This document shows, in pieces, positions 1 to 10,762 of a DNA stretch of 64,000 bases (position 1 is the first letter of the stretch; the number at the start of each line of letters is the position of its first letter). This stretch comes from Pseudomonadota bacterium (GTDB taxonomy: Bacteria; Pseudomonadota; Alphaproteobacteria; Rhizobiales; Rhizobiaceae): assembly GCA_039814425.1 (NCBI GenBank), contig JBCCBE010000002.1, positions 5,400 through 69,399 of the forward strand. Direction: 5' to 3'. The position numbers and the translations under genes are program-made. Under the pieces are notes generated by a model, which had not been told where the DNA came from, made no database searches, and saw only the letters and a list, made by a program, of their open reading frames with translations.

Positions 1-1950
1 TATTTCTATCCCTCGATCTTCGGACTGATGACGAACGATACGCAGTGTTTCTTCAATCATCTCGTCGAGATTGAACGTTTCATAATCGAGAACAAATCTG
101 CCGGCTTCAATTTTAGACATATCCAACACATCATTGATCATGCCTAGAAGATAAGTGCCGCTTTCGCGAATATCGCGGGCATATTCCTGATATTTCTCAG
201 AACCCAGCGGACCAAACAGGCCCTCATTCATTATTTCGGAAAATCCAATTACAGCGTTTAGCGGTGTACGAAGTTCATGCGAAATATTTGCCAGAAATTC
301 GGATTTAGCCTTATTGGCTGCTTCTGCCCGGTTTTTCTCAAGGGCATATTTTTCAGCCATTTCAGCTAGTTTTTGTTTCTGTATTTCCAGCGTTTGTCGT
401 GATTGCTCTAGATCGGAGATAGTAGCCATCAGGCGTTTTTCCTGATCCTTCAATTTGGCTTCACTACGCTTGATTGTTGTAATGTCTGTTCCGACAGAAA
501 CAAAACCTCCGTCCTTAGTATGGCGTTCATTGATCTGTAGCCACCGCCCGTCTGAAAGTCTGGCCTCCATTGTCCGTGTACTTTCGTCCGCATGGAGATC
601 ACGTATTAGCTGACTGGAAATGTCTGGCGAGGAAGCCCTGTCCATGATGTCTTCATAACGCATGCCTGGTTGCACATCATCATGCATCAGATTGTGAAGT
701 TGCTGGTATTTCGAATTGCACATGACCAGCCGTTTACGGTCATCCCAAAGGACGAATGCTTCTGGAAGATTTTCAATCGCATCGCGCAGTCGCATATCTT
801 TTTGATTGCTCGCCTGTTCTATCGCACGTTGCTCGGTTATGTCCTCCGCTATGCCGACGAGACGTGGACGGGCTTTATCTGTTCGGGCCATTTCCACCTT
901 CAACCGAATCCAGATCCATTGATTGTCGATATTGCGCATGCGGAAAATTTCCTCCACATGCACCATGCCTTTCTCCATTACGACACAGGCCAGTTGATAG
1001 AGGTCTGCATCATCCGGATGCACCATTTCATTCACTTCAGCAAAACTAACGATTTCATCGCGGGGTTCTCTACCGAGCAATTCAAACATGGATTTTGACC
1101 AGTAAAATTGCCCTCTAGAGAGGTCCCAATCCCAAAGTCCGCAGCCACCACGCATGAGTGCCGTATCAAAACGATCCTGAACTTCTGCGTATATCGTATC
1201 TGCTTCGCGCGCCCTCTGGCATTGGGCAAAATAGGCATACAGGATAACCAGCAAAATACTGGATGTGCCAACAAATAACGTAACATTTAAGGATACTGTT
1301 TTCCGCCAGTCGGTATAAATAGCGTCCTCAGGTTGAACTAAAGTAACGCCTCCAAAAGGGGTCGGCAATATCCGATGAACTGCTATCGCTTCGCCATAGT
1401 TTGGTGTCAGAATTTTTCTGGTATTAGCCCTTTCGCCGAAGGTTGTGAGCAGTGTTACATCTCCAAAAATGCTTTCAAGACTACTGCCATGCCGATCAGG
1501 CATATAGGGGAGGCTTGCAACAATAATACCTTCACGGTCGGTTAATACGACCTGGCGTTTCTTTTCCAGATAACGCGAGGGTACAGCGTCAGAAACGAGG
1601 TTTTGAATATTAAGCCCGTTTGCAGATGTACCCAGTTCCAATTCTGCATTTTGTAGCCGTTCTTCGATAAGCTCGGCGATGAAATGCATCTCGGAATCTG
1701 CATAAGATCGAATAAACTCACTCTCTGATTGCAATTGAACCCAGCGAGCGATTGCGACAATTGCCAAAAACATAACGATTAGAACGGGAACCAGCCGTCG
1801 GAGTAAGGATTCTGACCGTAAAAGGCTCTCATAGGCAGGATGGCTCAATTGCCGGGCATATCCGGCGACCACACTTGCTGTTCGGTCGCCGCTTTTGCCC
1901 TTCAAAATTCTGTCACGCGCCTTAAATTGAGGCGAAAAAGAGCGGGCCAT
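1..1950 (-). CDS. PAS-domain sensor histidine kinase (C-terminus cut by window start)
   Basis: Minus-strand frame checked codon by codon and open from ATG 1950-1948 (GGAGA 7 nt upstream) to position 1. Absent from the ORF track because it has no in-window stop. Reverse complement of 241-300 reads [20 protein letters not shown] (HisKA H-box). N-terminal TM segment [19 protein letters not shown]-like sequence lies between them. Confidence 0.9.
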   Translation of the reverse strand, partial: MARSFSPQFKARDRILKGKSGDRTASVVAGYARQLSHPAYESLLRSESLLRRLVPVLIVMFLAIVAIARWVQLQSESEFIRSYADSEMHFIAELIEERLQNAELELGTSANGLNIQNLVSDAVPSRYLEKKRQVVLTDREGIIVASLPYMPDRHGSSLESIFGDVTLLTTFGERANTRKILTPNYGEAIAVHRILPTPFGGVTLVQPEDAIYTDWRKTVSLNVTLFVGTSSILLVILYAYFAQCQRAREADTIYAEVQDRFDTALMRGGCGLWDWDLSRGQFYWSKSMFELLGREPRDEIVSFAEVNEMVHPDDADLYQLACVVMEKGMVHVEEIFRMRNIDNQWIWIRLKVEMARTDKARPRLVGIAEDITEQRAIEQASNQKDMRLRDAIENLPEAFVLWDDRKRLVMCNSKYQQLHNLMHDDVQPGMRYEDIMDRASSPDISSQLIRDLHADESTRTMEARLSDGRWLQINERHTKDGGFVSVGTDITTIKRSEAKLKDQEKRLMATISDLEQSRQTLEIQKQKLAEMAEKYALEKNRAEAANKAKSEFLANISHELRTPLNAVIGFSEIMNEGLFGPLGSEKYQEYARDIRESGTYLLGMINDVLDMSKIEAGRFVLDYETFNLDEMIEETLRIVRHQSEDRGIEI

Positions 1951-2100
1951 TAGTGTCTCCAACAGGACGCGGCATTAAGAAAAACTGCGCCAGCGAATCA
2001 CTTACACTTTGAATCAAGCAGATTCGTCTTGTCCATAGCTGGAATGCATTATTTTAGCAGAAACTTACCAACTTGAAGGAAGAATGGCACTTTTGGTGCC

Positions 2101-4755
2101 TTATTCTCCAAGAGTGCGGGTGATTATGTCTCTTACATCCGTTGAGAGGTTTGAAACTGAATTTAGTTTCTCAAGGAGCGAACGCGCTTTTTTACGACGA
2201 ACTGGTTCGAGCGTTCTGTAGGACCTGAATGCTGTTAAAAGACGCGCAGCGACCTGCGGGTTCTTTTGATCCAGTTTCTCAATCGTATCCAGTACCAGTT
2301 CAAAGCCCTTGCCGTTTTCAGCGGCAAATCCAATCTGATTTGACATTGCGAAAGCACCAATTAGGGATCGAAGGCGATTTGGATTTGAAAAACTGAAGTC
2401 TGGATGCCGCATCAACGATTTTACTTTATTGCTGGCAGTTTTATCTGGTCTGGTTGCCTGTACCGTGAACCACTTATCAAGCACAATGTGATTGTTTTTA
2501 TATCGCTGGTAAAAATCCTCAAGAATATCACCCCGAACTGCTGGTGATGGATGGAAATGCACAATAGTTGCAAATGCATTGAAACGGTCCGTCATGTTGG
2601 TTGCAACATCATAGGCTGATTGAATATCCTGCAGGGCGGTTTTACTCCCGCAGATTACAGACAGCTTCAAAAGGACTGCCCGCAGGCTTCGTTTGCCCGC
2701 TGCCCCGGAGCCAACGTCAAATTCACCTTCCTCTTGAAGAGAATCCATCAGGCTTTGATGAAACGGAGAAAGTGCTTGTCCGATCTGTTTTTGCAGCACT
2801 TTGATTGTACTATGAATAGCTTGCGGATCGACATTGCTATCGATTTCACCTGCCAGTTCAATATCACTGGGTAAAGTCAAAAGCGCTGCGCGATAGGCAG
2901 GATCAAGCGTGTCATCTTTGGCAATATGGGTGCATATTTCCAGGAAGCGCTCGTCTGGTGCTTGCTTCTTGCCCGCCTTCATGCCGCGCGTGCCTGAAAT
3001 CAGCAGGCGGGTTGCATAATTCTGTAAAGCATCCCAACGGCAAAAGGTGTCTGTGTCATTGCGCGCCAAAAAGGCAAGGTCTGCAGCGCTTTGTCTAAAG
3101 TTGATATTTATCGGTGCTGAAAACCCGCGGTTGATACTAAGGACTGGCCGTTCTTCAAGGTCATGAAAAACGACTTTATGTTTGCGCTTTGACAGTTCAA
3201 GAAGCCCATCTTTGATTGTACCACCGGAAATCTTGTTACCGGTTATGGTCTCTCCATCTTTGCCGAGCAAGGCTATTTGCAATGGAATTTGCAAAGCAGA
3301 TTTTCTGCGTTGGCCAGGGGTAGGTGGTGTAAATTGTTCCAGTTCCAATGAAAAACGTTTGGACGTTCGATCATAAGAAGTAGAGACGTTTAGTACTGGC
3401 GTTCCGGCCTGCCGGTACCAAAGCATAAATTGTGAAAGGTCAGATTTGGCAGCTTTTTCGAAACAACTGATAAAGGATTCTATAGTGGTAGCTTCACCAT
3501 CATGTTTTCTAAAGTAAAGGTCCATGCCTTTTCGAAACTGCTTTTCTCCCAGTAAGGTTGCAAGCATACGGACCAGTTCTGCGCCCTTTTCATAAACGGT
3601 AGCGGTATAAAAGTTATTGATCTCCCGGTAGTGCTCCGGGCGAACCGGATGTGCCAACGGGCCTGCATCCTCCGGAAATTGAGCTGTTTTAAGTCGCCGC
3701 ACATCTGCAATACGCTGCACCGCTCGTGAGCGTTCATCGGAAGAAAACTCCTGATCCCGATAGACCGTCAATCCTTCTTTTAGGCAAAGCTGAAACCAGT
3801 CCCGACAGGTGATGCGATTGCCTGTCCAGTTATGGAAATATTCATGGGCAATAATGGCTTCAATATTTGCATAATCCGTGTCTGTCGCTGAATCGCGATC
3901 AGCCAGAACATATTTGTCATTGAATATATTCAATCCCTTGTTTTCCATGGCACCCATATTGAAATCGGATACGGCCACAATATTAAATACGTCGAGATCA
4001 TACTCACAGCCAAAGCGCTTTTCGTCCCAGCGCATCGAGCGAATTAATGCATCCATTGCATATTCTGCCTGGGCAGATTTTCCTTTTTCAACGTAAATGC
4101 CAAGTTTTACCGGTTTGCCCGATGCGGTTTGAAAATCCCGGAAAATACTATCGAGCTTTCCGGCAACAAGAGCAAAGAGATAGGAAGGTTTGGGAAACGG
4201 GTCATGCCAAACTGCAAAATGGCGACCACCATCTGCTGCACCGCTTTTAACCGGGTTGCCATTACCAAGTATGACAGGGGCATCTTTTTTGTCTGCTTCT
4301 ATACGCGTGGTGAAAACTGAAAGCACATCCGGTCGATCGAGAAAATAGGTAATCCGGCGAAATCCTTCTGCCTCACATTGTGTGCAATAATTCCCGCCTG
4401 ATCGATAAAGTCCCATCAGCTGGGTATTGGCCTCTGGGTTAATCTCGGTTTCAATTTTCAGATCGAAGGTTTTTCCACTTGGTGGATTGATGATCGTGAT
4501 GCCGGCATCATCAAGTTTGTAATCTTTTGATGAAAGCGTATTTCCATTGATGGAAATCGAGATCAACGTCAGTTCGTCCCCATCCAATATCAGTGGTGTG
4601 CCTGGTTTGGTGGCCTTTAAGCGCTCAATAGTCATTTCTGAAACGACGCGGGTTTTGTTGATTTGCAAATCAAACATTAAGGAAATGTTTGGTATCTGAT
4701 ATTCTGGCTCTCGGTAGTTCTTTAAGTAGATAGCCTGTCCCTGAGATGTGCGCAT
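2101..4755 (-). CDS. pepN: Aminopeptidase N (M1 zinc metallopeptidase)
   Basis: GAMENKGLNIF (GxMEN) and HEYFHNWTGNR (HExxH zinc site) motifs; length about 880 aa. Start moved to the internal ATG at 4755 (MRTSQGQAIYLKNY), typical of the PepN N-terminus. The ORF-track start at 4818 would nearly abut pgi. Confidence 0.95.
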   Translation of the reverse strand: MRTSQGQAIYLKNYREPEYQIPNISLMFDLQINKTRVVSEMTIERLKATKPGTPLILDGDELTLISISINGNTLSSKDYKLDDAGITIINPPSGKTFDLKIETEINPEANTQLMGLYRSGGNYCTQCEAEGFRRITYFLDRPDVLSVFTTRIEADKKDAPVILGNGNPVKSGAADGGRHFAVWHDPFPKPSYLFALVAGKLDSIFRDFQTASGKPVKLGIYVEKGKSAQAEYAMDALIRSMRWDEKRFGCEYDLDVFNIVAVSDFNMGAMENKGLNIFNDKYVLADRDSATDTDYANIEAIIAHEYFHNWTGNRITCRDWFQLCLKEGLTVYRDQEFSSDERSRAVQRIADVRRLKTAQFPEDAGPLAHPVRPEHYREINNFYTATVYEKGAELVRMLATLLGEKQFRKGMDLYFRKHDGEATTIESFISCFEKAAKSDLSQFMLWYRQAGTPVLNVSTSYDRTSKRFSLELEQFTPPTPGQRRKSALQIPLQIALLGKDGETITGNKISGGTIKDGLLELSKRKHKVVFHDLEERPVLSINRGFSAPININFRQSAADLAFLARNDTDTFCRWDALQNYATRLLISGTRGMKAGKKQAPDERFLEICTHIAKDDTLDPAYRAALLTLPSDIELAGEIDSNVDPQAIHSTIKVLQKQIGQALSPFHQSLMDSLQEEGEFDVGSGAAGKRSLRAVLLKLSVICGSKTALQDIQSAYDVATNMTDRFNAFATIVHFHPSPAVRGDILEDFYQRYKNNHIVLDKWFTVQATRPDKTASNKVKSLMRHPDFSFSNPNRLRSLIGAFAMSNQIGFAAENGKGFELVLDTIEKLDQKNPQVAARLLTAFRSYRTLEPVRRKKARSLLEKLNSVSNLSTDVRDIITRTLGE

Positions 4756-4864
4756 TTGTGATGTCTCATACGGTTGGTGGTCGGATGCGAATCCGATAAA
4801 AGCAAGGTTGTAAAGCAAGCGGGGATTGTTGCCAAATCCAGCTGCAGAAAAGAAAGTTTACCTC

Positions 4865-6460
4865 ATGAACAAAGCGGTATTTGATCGCCATTTGTCAGAA
4901 CTGAACCAACATCATGACCGTTTGTCTGATACAAGCATAGTTGATCTGTTTGAGCAGGATCCTGAGCGTTTTGATCATTTTTCTGCCCGGAATGGGCCAT
5001 TCTTATTTGATTATTCAAAAAATTGCATCGATGCAGATGCGTTAAATGCATTACTGTCGATTGCCGAGAAAACCGGCGTTGCAGAATATCGCGACCGGAT
5101 GTTTGCTGGCGATATTATTAATGAGACCGAAGGTCGCGCTGTCCTACATACAGCGCTTCGCTGCCCTGAAACAGAATCAGTTTATGTCGATGGGCAAGAT
5201 GTAATCCCTAAAATTCATCAAGTTATCCGACTTATGGAAGATTTCTGCGCCAAGGTGCGCAGCGGAGAATATCAGGTAACAGGTGGGCAGGTTACTGATA
5301 TTGTAAACATTGGTATTGGCGGTTCCGACCTTGGTCCCCGCATGGCAGTGCTTGCACTTTCACCATTTGTAACTGGTCCGAAAGTGCATCACGTTTCAAA
5401 CGTTGATGGTGCTGACCTTTCTGACATGATGAAAAACCTGGATCTTAAAACAACGTTGTTTGTCGTCGCGTCAAAGACATTTACGACCCAGGAAACCATG
5501 ACCAACGCGCATTCTGCCCGCGCTATATTGGAAGAAGTTGTAGGAGCAGATAAGGCAGCAGATCATTTCGTGGCTCTTTCTTCAAATCTTGAGGCAACTG
5601 GTGCATTTGGCATTCCACCAGAACGTACCTTTGGATTCTGGAATTGGGTCGGCGGACGATATTCTGTCTGGTCTGCAGTTGGGCTTTCGTTAATGTTGGC
5701 GATTGGCAGAGAAAACTTCCGTGCTTTCTTGCGTGGTGGTCATGATATGGATTGTCATTTTCGCAAGGCGCCGCTGGCGAAAAACATTCCTGTGCTGATG
5801 GCATTGATTGGCATTTGGCATCGTAATGTTTGTGATTATCCTGCCTATGCACTTCTACCCTATGATGATCGCCTGTCCCGTCTTGCAGCCTGGTTGCAAC
5901 AATTAGACATGGAATCAAATGGCAAGTCCGTGACCATGTCGGGTGAAGCGATGAACTGCAATACCGGCCCGATAGTGTTTGGAGAACCAGGCACAAATGG
6001 TCAGCATGCTTTTTATCAGTTGATCCATCAGGGTACGACCGTGATTCCGTGTGATTTTCTGATTGCAGCAAAAAGCCATGAACCGGAAATGGATCACCAC
6101 CATCGCCTATTGGTAGCCAACTGTCTTGCTCAGTCAGAAGCCTTGATGCGTGGGCGTTCTCTGGATGAAGCGCAAGGTAATCATCACCGGGTGTTTAGCG
6201 GTAACCGTCCCAGTAACACCCTGCTTTATGAGGTTTTGGACCCTCATACATTGGGCATGCTGCTTGCACTGTTTGAGCATAAAGTTTTTGTCCAGGGTGT
6301 TATCTGGGGAATTAATTCTTTTGATCAGTGGGGGGTTGAACTTGGCAAGGAATTGGCAAAAACTCTAGAGCCAATGATTGAGAGTGGTGCCAATGATGCA
6401 GCAAATAACGGCTCTACGGCGGGGCTACTGAGCACCTTTTTCCAAATGCGGAAAGACTAA
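4865..6460 (+). CDS. pgi: Glucose-6-phosphate isomerase
   Basis: GIGGSDLGP, SKTFTTQET and GVIWGINSFDQWGVELGK signatures. Start set at ATG 4865 (MNKAVFDRHL) rather than the upstream in-frame 4826. Confidence 0.96.
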   Translation: MNKAVFDRHLSELNQHHDRLSDTSIVDLFEQDPERFDHFSARNGPFLFDYSKNCIDADALNALLSIAEKTGVAEYRDRMFAGDIINETEGRAVLHTALRCPETESVYVDGQDVIPKIHQVIRLMEDFCAKVRSGEYQVTGGQVTDIVNIGIGGSDLGPRMAVLALSPFVTGPKVHHVSNVDGADLSDMMKNLDLKTTLFVVASKTFTTQETMTNAHSARAILEEVVGADKAADHFVALSSNLEATGAFGIPPERTFGFWNWVGGRYSVWSAVGLSLMLAIGRENFRAFLRGGHDMDCHFRKAPLAKNIPVLMALIGIWHRNVCDYPAYALLPYDDRLSRLAAWLQQLDMESNGKSVTMSGEAMNCNTGPIVFGEPGTNGQHAFYQLIHQGTTVIPCDFLIAAKSHEPEMDHHHRLLVANCLAQSEALMRGRSLDEAQGNHHRVFSGNRPSNTLLYEVLDPHTLGMLLALFEHKVFVQGVIWGINSFDQWGVELGKELAKTLEPMIESGANDAANNGSTAGLLSTFFQMRKD

Positions 6461-7390
6461 TCACGGAATTTTTCCGCGCCCCTCTGGGGTTCGCATAATT
6501 ACCTGTTTGCGCTGACCTTCGCGATGAATTGTATAGATTGATGCTGCAATGATCACCAGGGCGCCGACCCAGGTCCAAGCGTCTGGCAGATTGTCAAACA
6601 GCAGATAACCGAAGAATACAGAATAGATCAGGCGAGCATAATCTAGAGAAGCCATCACTGATGCCTCGCCATATTTATAGGCATTGATGTTGAACATCTG
6701 GGCGATGTAGGAAATTAACCCCATGGCGATCAACAACATCCATTCAATAAAGCTAGGCCACTGCCATAACCAGATGCCGGGAATTGCTACTGCCAAACCA
6801 ACACCAATTGCCTGATAAGACAAAATAGTGGTCGAGCTTTCCGTGCGTGTCAGGATACGAATAACAACCATGACAGCACCTGCCGCCGCTGCGCCAATAA
6901 GAGCATAGACACCATAAATATTAAAATCTTCAAGGCCGGGGCGCAGGATAATCAATACGCCCGCAAAGCCGATAATTACCGCCATCCAACGCCTGACACC
7001 GATCACCTCGTTCAAAAGAAAAATCGCACAGATCGTTGTGAAGAAGCTTTTGGCAAAACCAATTGCTGTTGCATCGGCAAGCGGCATATGAACAACGGCT
7101 GTAAAGCCGAAACTCATCGCGATCAACGCAAGAAATACCCGCAGCAATTGCAGCCCAATATGGTTGGTTTTCAGGCTACCAGGAAAATTGCTGAGGATTG
7201 TTGGTGCAACAATAATCGTCATTACGATCTGCCGCACAAACAGGATCTGCATGATATGCAGGTTTTCGCCAAGTAGTTTTATCAAGGCAATCATTGTACT
7301 AAAGCACGCTGCTGCCACCATAAGAAGCAACCCACCCTTCAGATTTTCGGGGAGGCGGTTGAAACTTGAGGTAAGAGAAGCGATTGACAT
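6461..7390 (-). CDS. DMT-superfamily (EamA-like) permease
   Basis: About 10 hydrophobic helices and a duplicated EamA-type architecture. Likely start is MSIASLTS at 7390. Abuts the pgi stop with no spacer. Confidence 0.8.
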   Translation of the reverse strand: MSIASLTSSFNRLPENLKGGLLLMVAAACFSTMIALIKLLGENLHIMQILFVRQIVMTIIVAPTILSNFPGSLKTNHIGLQLLRVFLALIAMSFGFTAVVHMPLADATAIGFAKSFFTTICAIFLLNEVIGVRRWMAVIIGFAGVLIILRPGLEDFNIYGVYALIGAAAAGAVMVVIRILTRTESSTTILSYQAIGVGLAVAIPGIWLWQWPSFIEWMLLIAMGLISYIAQMFNINAYKYGEASVMASLDYARLIYSVFFGYLLFDNLPDAWTWVGALVIIAASIYTIHREGQRKQVIMRTPEGRGKIP

Positions 7391-7556
7391 AATGGTTTGA
7401 CCATCCACTTCTTCGCATTGCAATTGCGTTACTGCAAGACACAACCGACAGTCTTGACACTTTTATCCTCTCGACAAACGTAAAAGGATGATTAAATCTC
7501 AAACAGTGAGGATCTTAGGATCTTTATTGCCGCAACAAAAGATTTGGAACCGTAAT

Positions 7557-9857
7557 ATGAACCAAATGAAACCGATAAAGTTCGGACTGGGTGCATCTGT
7601 ACTTCGTAAGGAAGATGATGGTTTTATAACCGGCAAAGGAACTTACACGGATGATAAATTCCTCGATGGGGTCTTGCACGGTTATGTGTTGCGCTCGCCA
7701 ATGGCGCACGCGAAATTCAAGATCAATGATATATCAGAAGCGCAAAGCCATCCCGGCGTTCATCTGGTACTGGTGGCAAACGATGTTAAAGCGTTAAACC
7801 CGGTTCCTTGCGTAGCTTCGGTGAAACAACCGGATGGGACGACAGCCAAAAACCGCGACATTCCAATTCTTTGCGAAGATACGGTCCGCCATGTGGGCGA
7901 TGCTATCTGCTTTATTGTTGCTGAAAGTACAGCAATTGCAAAGGATGCTGCAGAACTAATCGATATTGATTTTGAAATCCTACCCGCGATTGCAGATACG
8001 GCGAGTGCATTGGAAGAAGACGCAGTCAGTGTTTATGACGATGGCAATCTTGCGTTCAGTCATTTTTCAGGCGACCAGGAGGCAACCGATAACGCTTTTG
8101 CAAAGGCAGATCACATAACACAGATCACGCTCATAAATCAGCGATTGGTTTGCAATTACATGGAACCACGTGCCTGTCTTGCCTATTGGGATGATGAAAA
8201 GCAACGTTATGATTTGACGACTGGTTCTCAAGGTGTGTTTGTGCATCGCCGGGTAATCAGCGGCATCTTGAAGATTGATCCAACGCAATTGCACGTAACA
8301 ACACCAGATGTCGGAGGCGGGTTTGGAACCAAACTCTTTGTCTATCGGGAATACCCGCTTTGTCTGGTGGCAGCAAAAGAACTTGGGCGGCCTGTAAAAT
8401 GGACAGGCGAACGCACCGAGCATTTTGTTTCCGATGCCCATGGGCGGGACAACGTTATCACGGCGCGAATGGCTATGGACAAGGACGGCAGGTTCCTTGC
8501 AATTGATGTGGATTTGATTGCCGCCATGGGCGCCTATCTTCATGCCTTTGGCCCGTTCATCCCCCAATTGTGTATCTCGATGACAACAGGGCTTTATGAC
8601 ATTCCGGTTATGGCTGCGCAAATACGGGGCAGCTACACCCACACTGTTCCCGTAGATGCCTATCGAGGAGCCGGCAGGCCGGAAGCAGCCTATATGATTG
8701 AGCGATTGGTAGATAAATGCGCCCGCGATATTGGCGTCAGTCCCGACGAAATACGCGCGCGTAACTTAATCAAACCGGAGCAATTACCCTACACAACCCC
8801 GCCTGGCCGGATGATTGATGTCGGTGAGTTTGACAAACATATGGACGAATGCATGCAGCGTGCTGAATGGGATACGTTTTCCAGCCGGGCAACCTGTGCG
8901 AAAGCCAACAGGAAATTCCGCGGAATTGGTATGGCAACCTATATCGAGGCCTGTGCCTTTGCCGGTGGCGAACCTGCTAAAGCCGAATTACGCGAAGACG
9001 GAACGATAGACATTATAATTGCGACGCAATCAAACGGGCAGGGACATGCAACCGCCTATACGCAATTAGCGGCAGAAAAACTTGGCCTTGATATTGCCCA
9101 GGTAAACCTGCGTCAAGGAGACTCCGATCAGCAGGCGGATGGTGGCCATACGGGGGGTTCACGATCGCTGCCGCTTGGAGGCGTATCTGTCGTTCGCGCG
9201 AGCGAGGAACTGGCAGAAAAAATCAAGCATATTGCTGCAGATGAGTTGGAAGCATCTTCCGCGGATATTGAGCTTTCTGAAGGGGAGGCAAGGATTATCG
9301 GTACAGACCGGGTGATCAGCTTTGCTGATATTGCAACAGCTGCACCTGAACCGGCAGCAATCCGAGCAGATGCGCTGTTCAAACAGGAAGAAGCAACCTA
9401 CCCAAACGGCACGCATATTTGTGAAGTGGAAATAGATCCTGACACCGGAAAGACGGAGATCATCCGATACACGGTTGTAGATGATTTTGGTGTCACGATT
9501 AACCCTATATTGTTGGCTGGCCAGGTCCATGGTGGGATCGTGCAGGGCATTGGGCAATGTCTTAATGAAAACACGGTCTATGATGAGGAAGGTCAATTAC
9601 TTACGGCATCATTCATGGACTATGAAATGCCGCGCGCCGATGGATTACCCATGTTTGATTTTTCAACCCGCAATGTACCATCTACAACAAATGCACTTGG
9701 AATTAAGGGTGCAGGTGAGGCCGGAACCATCGGGTCGACGCCAGCGGTAATGAATGCCATATCAGATGCATTGTTTCGCGAATATAAAATCGAACATATC
9801 GATATGCCTGCAACCCCGGCTAAGCTTTGGTCAACAATTCAAACAAAGCGTTCATAG
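7557..9857 (+). CDS. Molybdopterin-binding large subunit of the xanthine dehydrogenase/CO dehydrogenase family (form II CoxL-like)
   Basis: About 766 aa. Active-site loop reads VDAYRGAGRPEA (AYRGAGR is the form II CoxL-type motif, as opposed to AYxCSFR of true CODH). Start set at MNQMKPIKFGLG (7557). Confidence 0.88.
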   Translation: MNQMKPIKFGLGASVLRKEDDGFITGKGTYTDDKFLDGVLHGYVLRSPMAHAKFKINDISEAQSHPGVHLVLVANDVKALNPVPCVASVKQPDGTTAKNRDIPILCEDTVRHVGDAICFIVAESTAIAKDAAELIDIDFEILPAIADTASALEEDAVSVYDDGNLAFSHFSGDQEATDNAFAKADHITQITLINQRLVCNYMEPRACLAYWDDEKQRYDLTTGSQGVFVHRRVISGILKIDPTQLHVTTPDVGGGFGTKLFVYREYPLCLVAAKELGRPVKWTGERTEHFVSDAHGRDNVITARMAMDKDGRFLAIDVDLIAAMGAYLHAFGPFIPQLCISMTTGLYDIPVMAAQIRGSYTHTVPVDAYRGAGRPEAAYMIERLVDKCARDIGVSPDEIRARNLIKPEQLPYTTPPGRMIDVGEFDKHMDECMQRAEWDTFSSRATCAKANRKFRGIGMATYIEACAFAGGEPAKAELREDGTIDIIIATQSNGQGHATAYTQLAAEKLGLDIAQVNLRQGDSDQQADGGHTGGSRSLPLGGVSVVRASEELAEKIKHIAADELEASSADIELSEGEARIIGTDRVISFADIATAAPEPAAIRADALFKQEEATYPNGTHICEVEIDPDTGKTEIIRYTVVDDFGVTINPILLAGQVHGGIVQGIGQCLNENTVYDEEGQLLTASFMDYEMPRADGLPMFDFSTRNVPSTTNALGIKGAGEAGTIGSTPAVMNAISDALFREYKIEHIDMPATPAKLWSTIQTKRS

Positions 9858-9894
9858 CTGCTTGCCTTGCGGTGAATTTCACCCTAAGAAGCCA

Positions 9895-10027
9895 TGTCCA
9901 TAGAGGTGCCTTCCCGGGCAGGAAGGCTGAGAAGCTTCGGTTTGGTATGCTGTATATTGGATTACGCAAACCAAACCATAAGGCTAACTCTTTGAACCTG
10001 ATCCGGATTGTGCCGGCGTAGGGAATG
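9895..10027 (+). promoter_or_regulatory. TPP (THI-box) riboswitch upstream of thiM
   Basis: Conserved elements read directly: AGAGGTGCC (9902-9910), GGCTGAGA (9925-9932), a long variable P3 stem (GGTTTGGT 9939-9946 / ACCAAACC 9970-9977), then CTCTTTGAACCTGATCCGGATTGTGCCGGCGTAGGGAA (9988-10025). The 3' AGGGA doubles as the likely Shine-Dalgarno for thiM, which suggests translational control. Confidence 0.85.
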
Positions 10028-10762
10028 GGAATGATACAACGCAAAGAATATTTTCAGTCAGGATTGGGATCGATAGACCAATTGCGTACAAAAAGTGCGC
10101 ATGTGCATTCGATCACGAATACGGTTGCTCAGAACTTTACCGCCAATATATTACTTGCATGCGGTGCAACTGTATCGATGACGGCAAACCCTGATGAAAT
10201 TGCTGGCTTTGTTAAAAAGGCTGATGCCCTTCACGTTAATCTTGGAACGCTTGATCCTGAACGTATGAAAGCAATCCGGATTGCATTAAGTGTGGCTGAG
10301 GAAAAATCAATCCCAATTATCCTCGACCCGGTCATGGTGCACATGTCTGGACTACGGGCAGAATTTGCCCGGGAAATCGCAAAATCTGCTTCGATCATTC
10401 GGGGTAACGCTTCTGAAATGGAGTATTTTGATAATTCAAAGCAATCGGAAACATGTTTCATCACAACTGGAGCAACGGACACAATTTGTTATCAGAATGC
10501 AATAATTTCAGTGGCAAATGGTGACCGCATCATGGACAGGGTGATTGCGACGGGCTGTGCACTTGGAGCACTGGTTGCGGCTCTGAGCACCAGGGCTGAT
10601 AACCCGATGGTTGCAGGTTTAGCGGCGTTGATTTGGTATGGGGTAGCCGGTGAAGTGGCAGCTGAAAAAGTCAAAGGCCCAGGCAGCTTTATTCCAGAAT
10701 TTCTGGATAGTCTTTATGCGATTGAAACTGCAACAATTGCTGAAAGGGCGCAGATTATATGA
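10025..10762 (+). CDS. thiM: Hydroxyethylthiazole kinase
   Basis: VHSITNTVAQNFTANILLACGATVSM matches the ThiM/ThiK N-terminal signature. An alternative start ATG at 10031 is better spaced from the AGGGA Shine-Dalgarno. Confidence 0.9.
   Translation: MGMIQRKEYFQSGLGSIDQLRTKSAHVHSITNTVAQNFTANILLACGATVSMTANPDEIAGFVKKADALHVNLGTLDPERMKAIRIALSVAEEKSIPIILDPVMVHMSGLRAEFAREIAKSASIIRGNASEMEYFDNSKQSETCFITTGATDTICYQNAIISVANGDRIMDRVIATGCALGALVAALSTRADNPMVAGLAALIWYGVAGEVAAEKVKGPGSFIPEFLDSLYAIETATIAERAQII

Noticed and set aside
5523-6071. 182-aa antisense ORF inside pgi. Similar embedded ORFs occur elsewhere: 8067-8642 in the CoxL-like gene, 46319-46933 and 46425-46850 in the TPP-enzyme gene, 34774-35244 across the GT junction, 40246-40725 and 39338-39742 in mrpD genes, 52422-52883 in the CoA-transferase gene, and 55136-55540 in the MttB gene.
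   Set aside because: Each lies wholly within a well-supported conserved gene on the other strand or frame, lacks a Shine-Dalgarno and has an odd composition. These are typical shadow ORFs.
9820-10044. Small ORFs 9827-10021 (+) and 9820-10044 (-) between the CoxL-like gene and thiM.
   Set aside because: The interval is fully explained by a TPP riboswitch with conserved THI-box elements.
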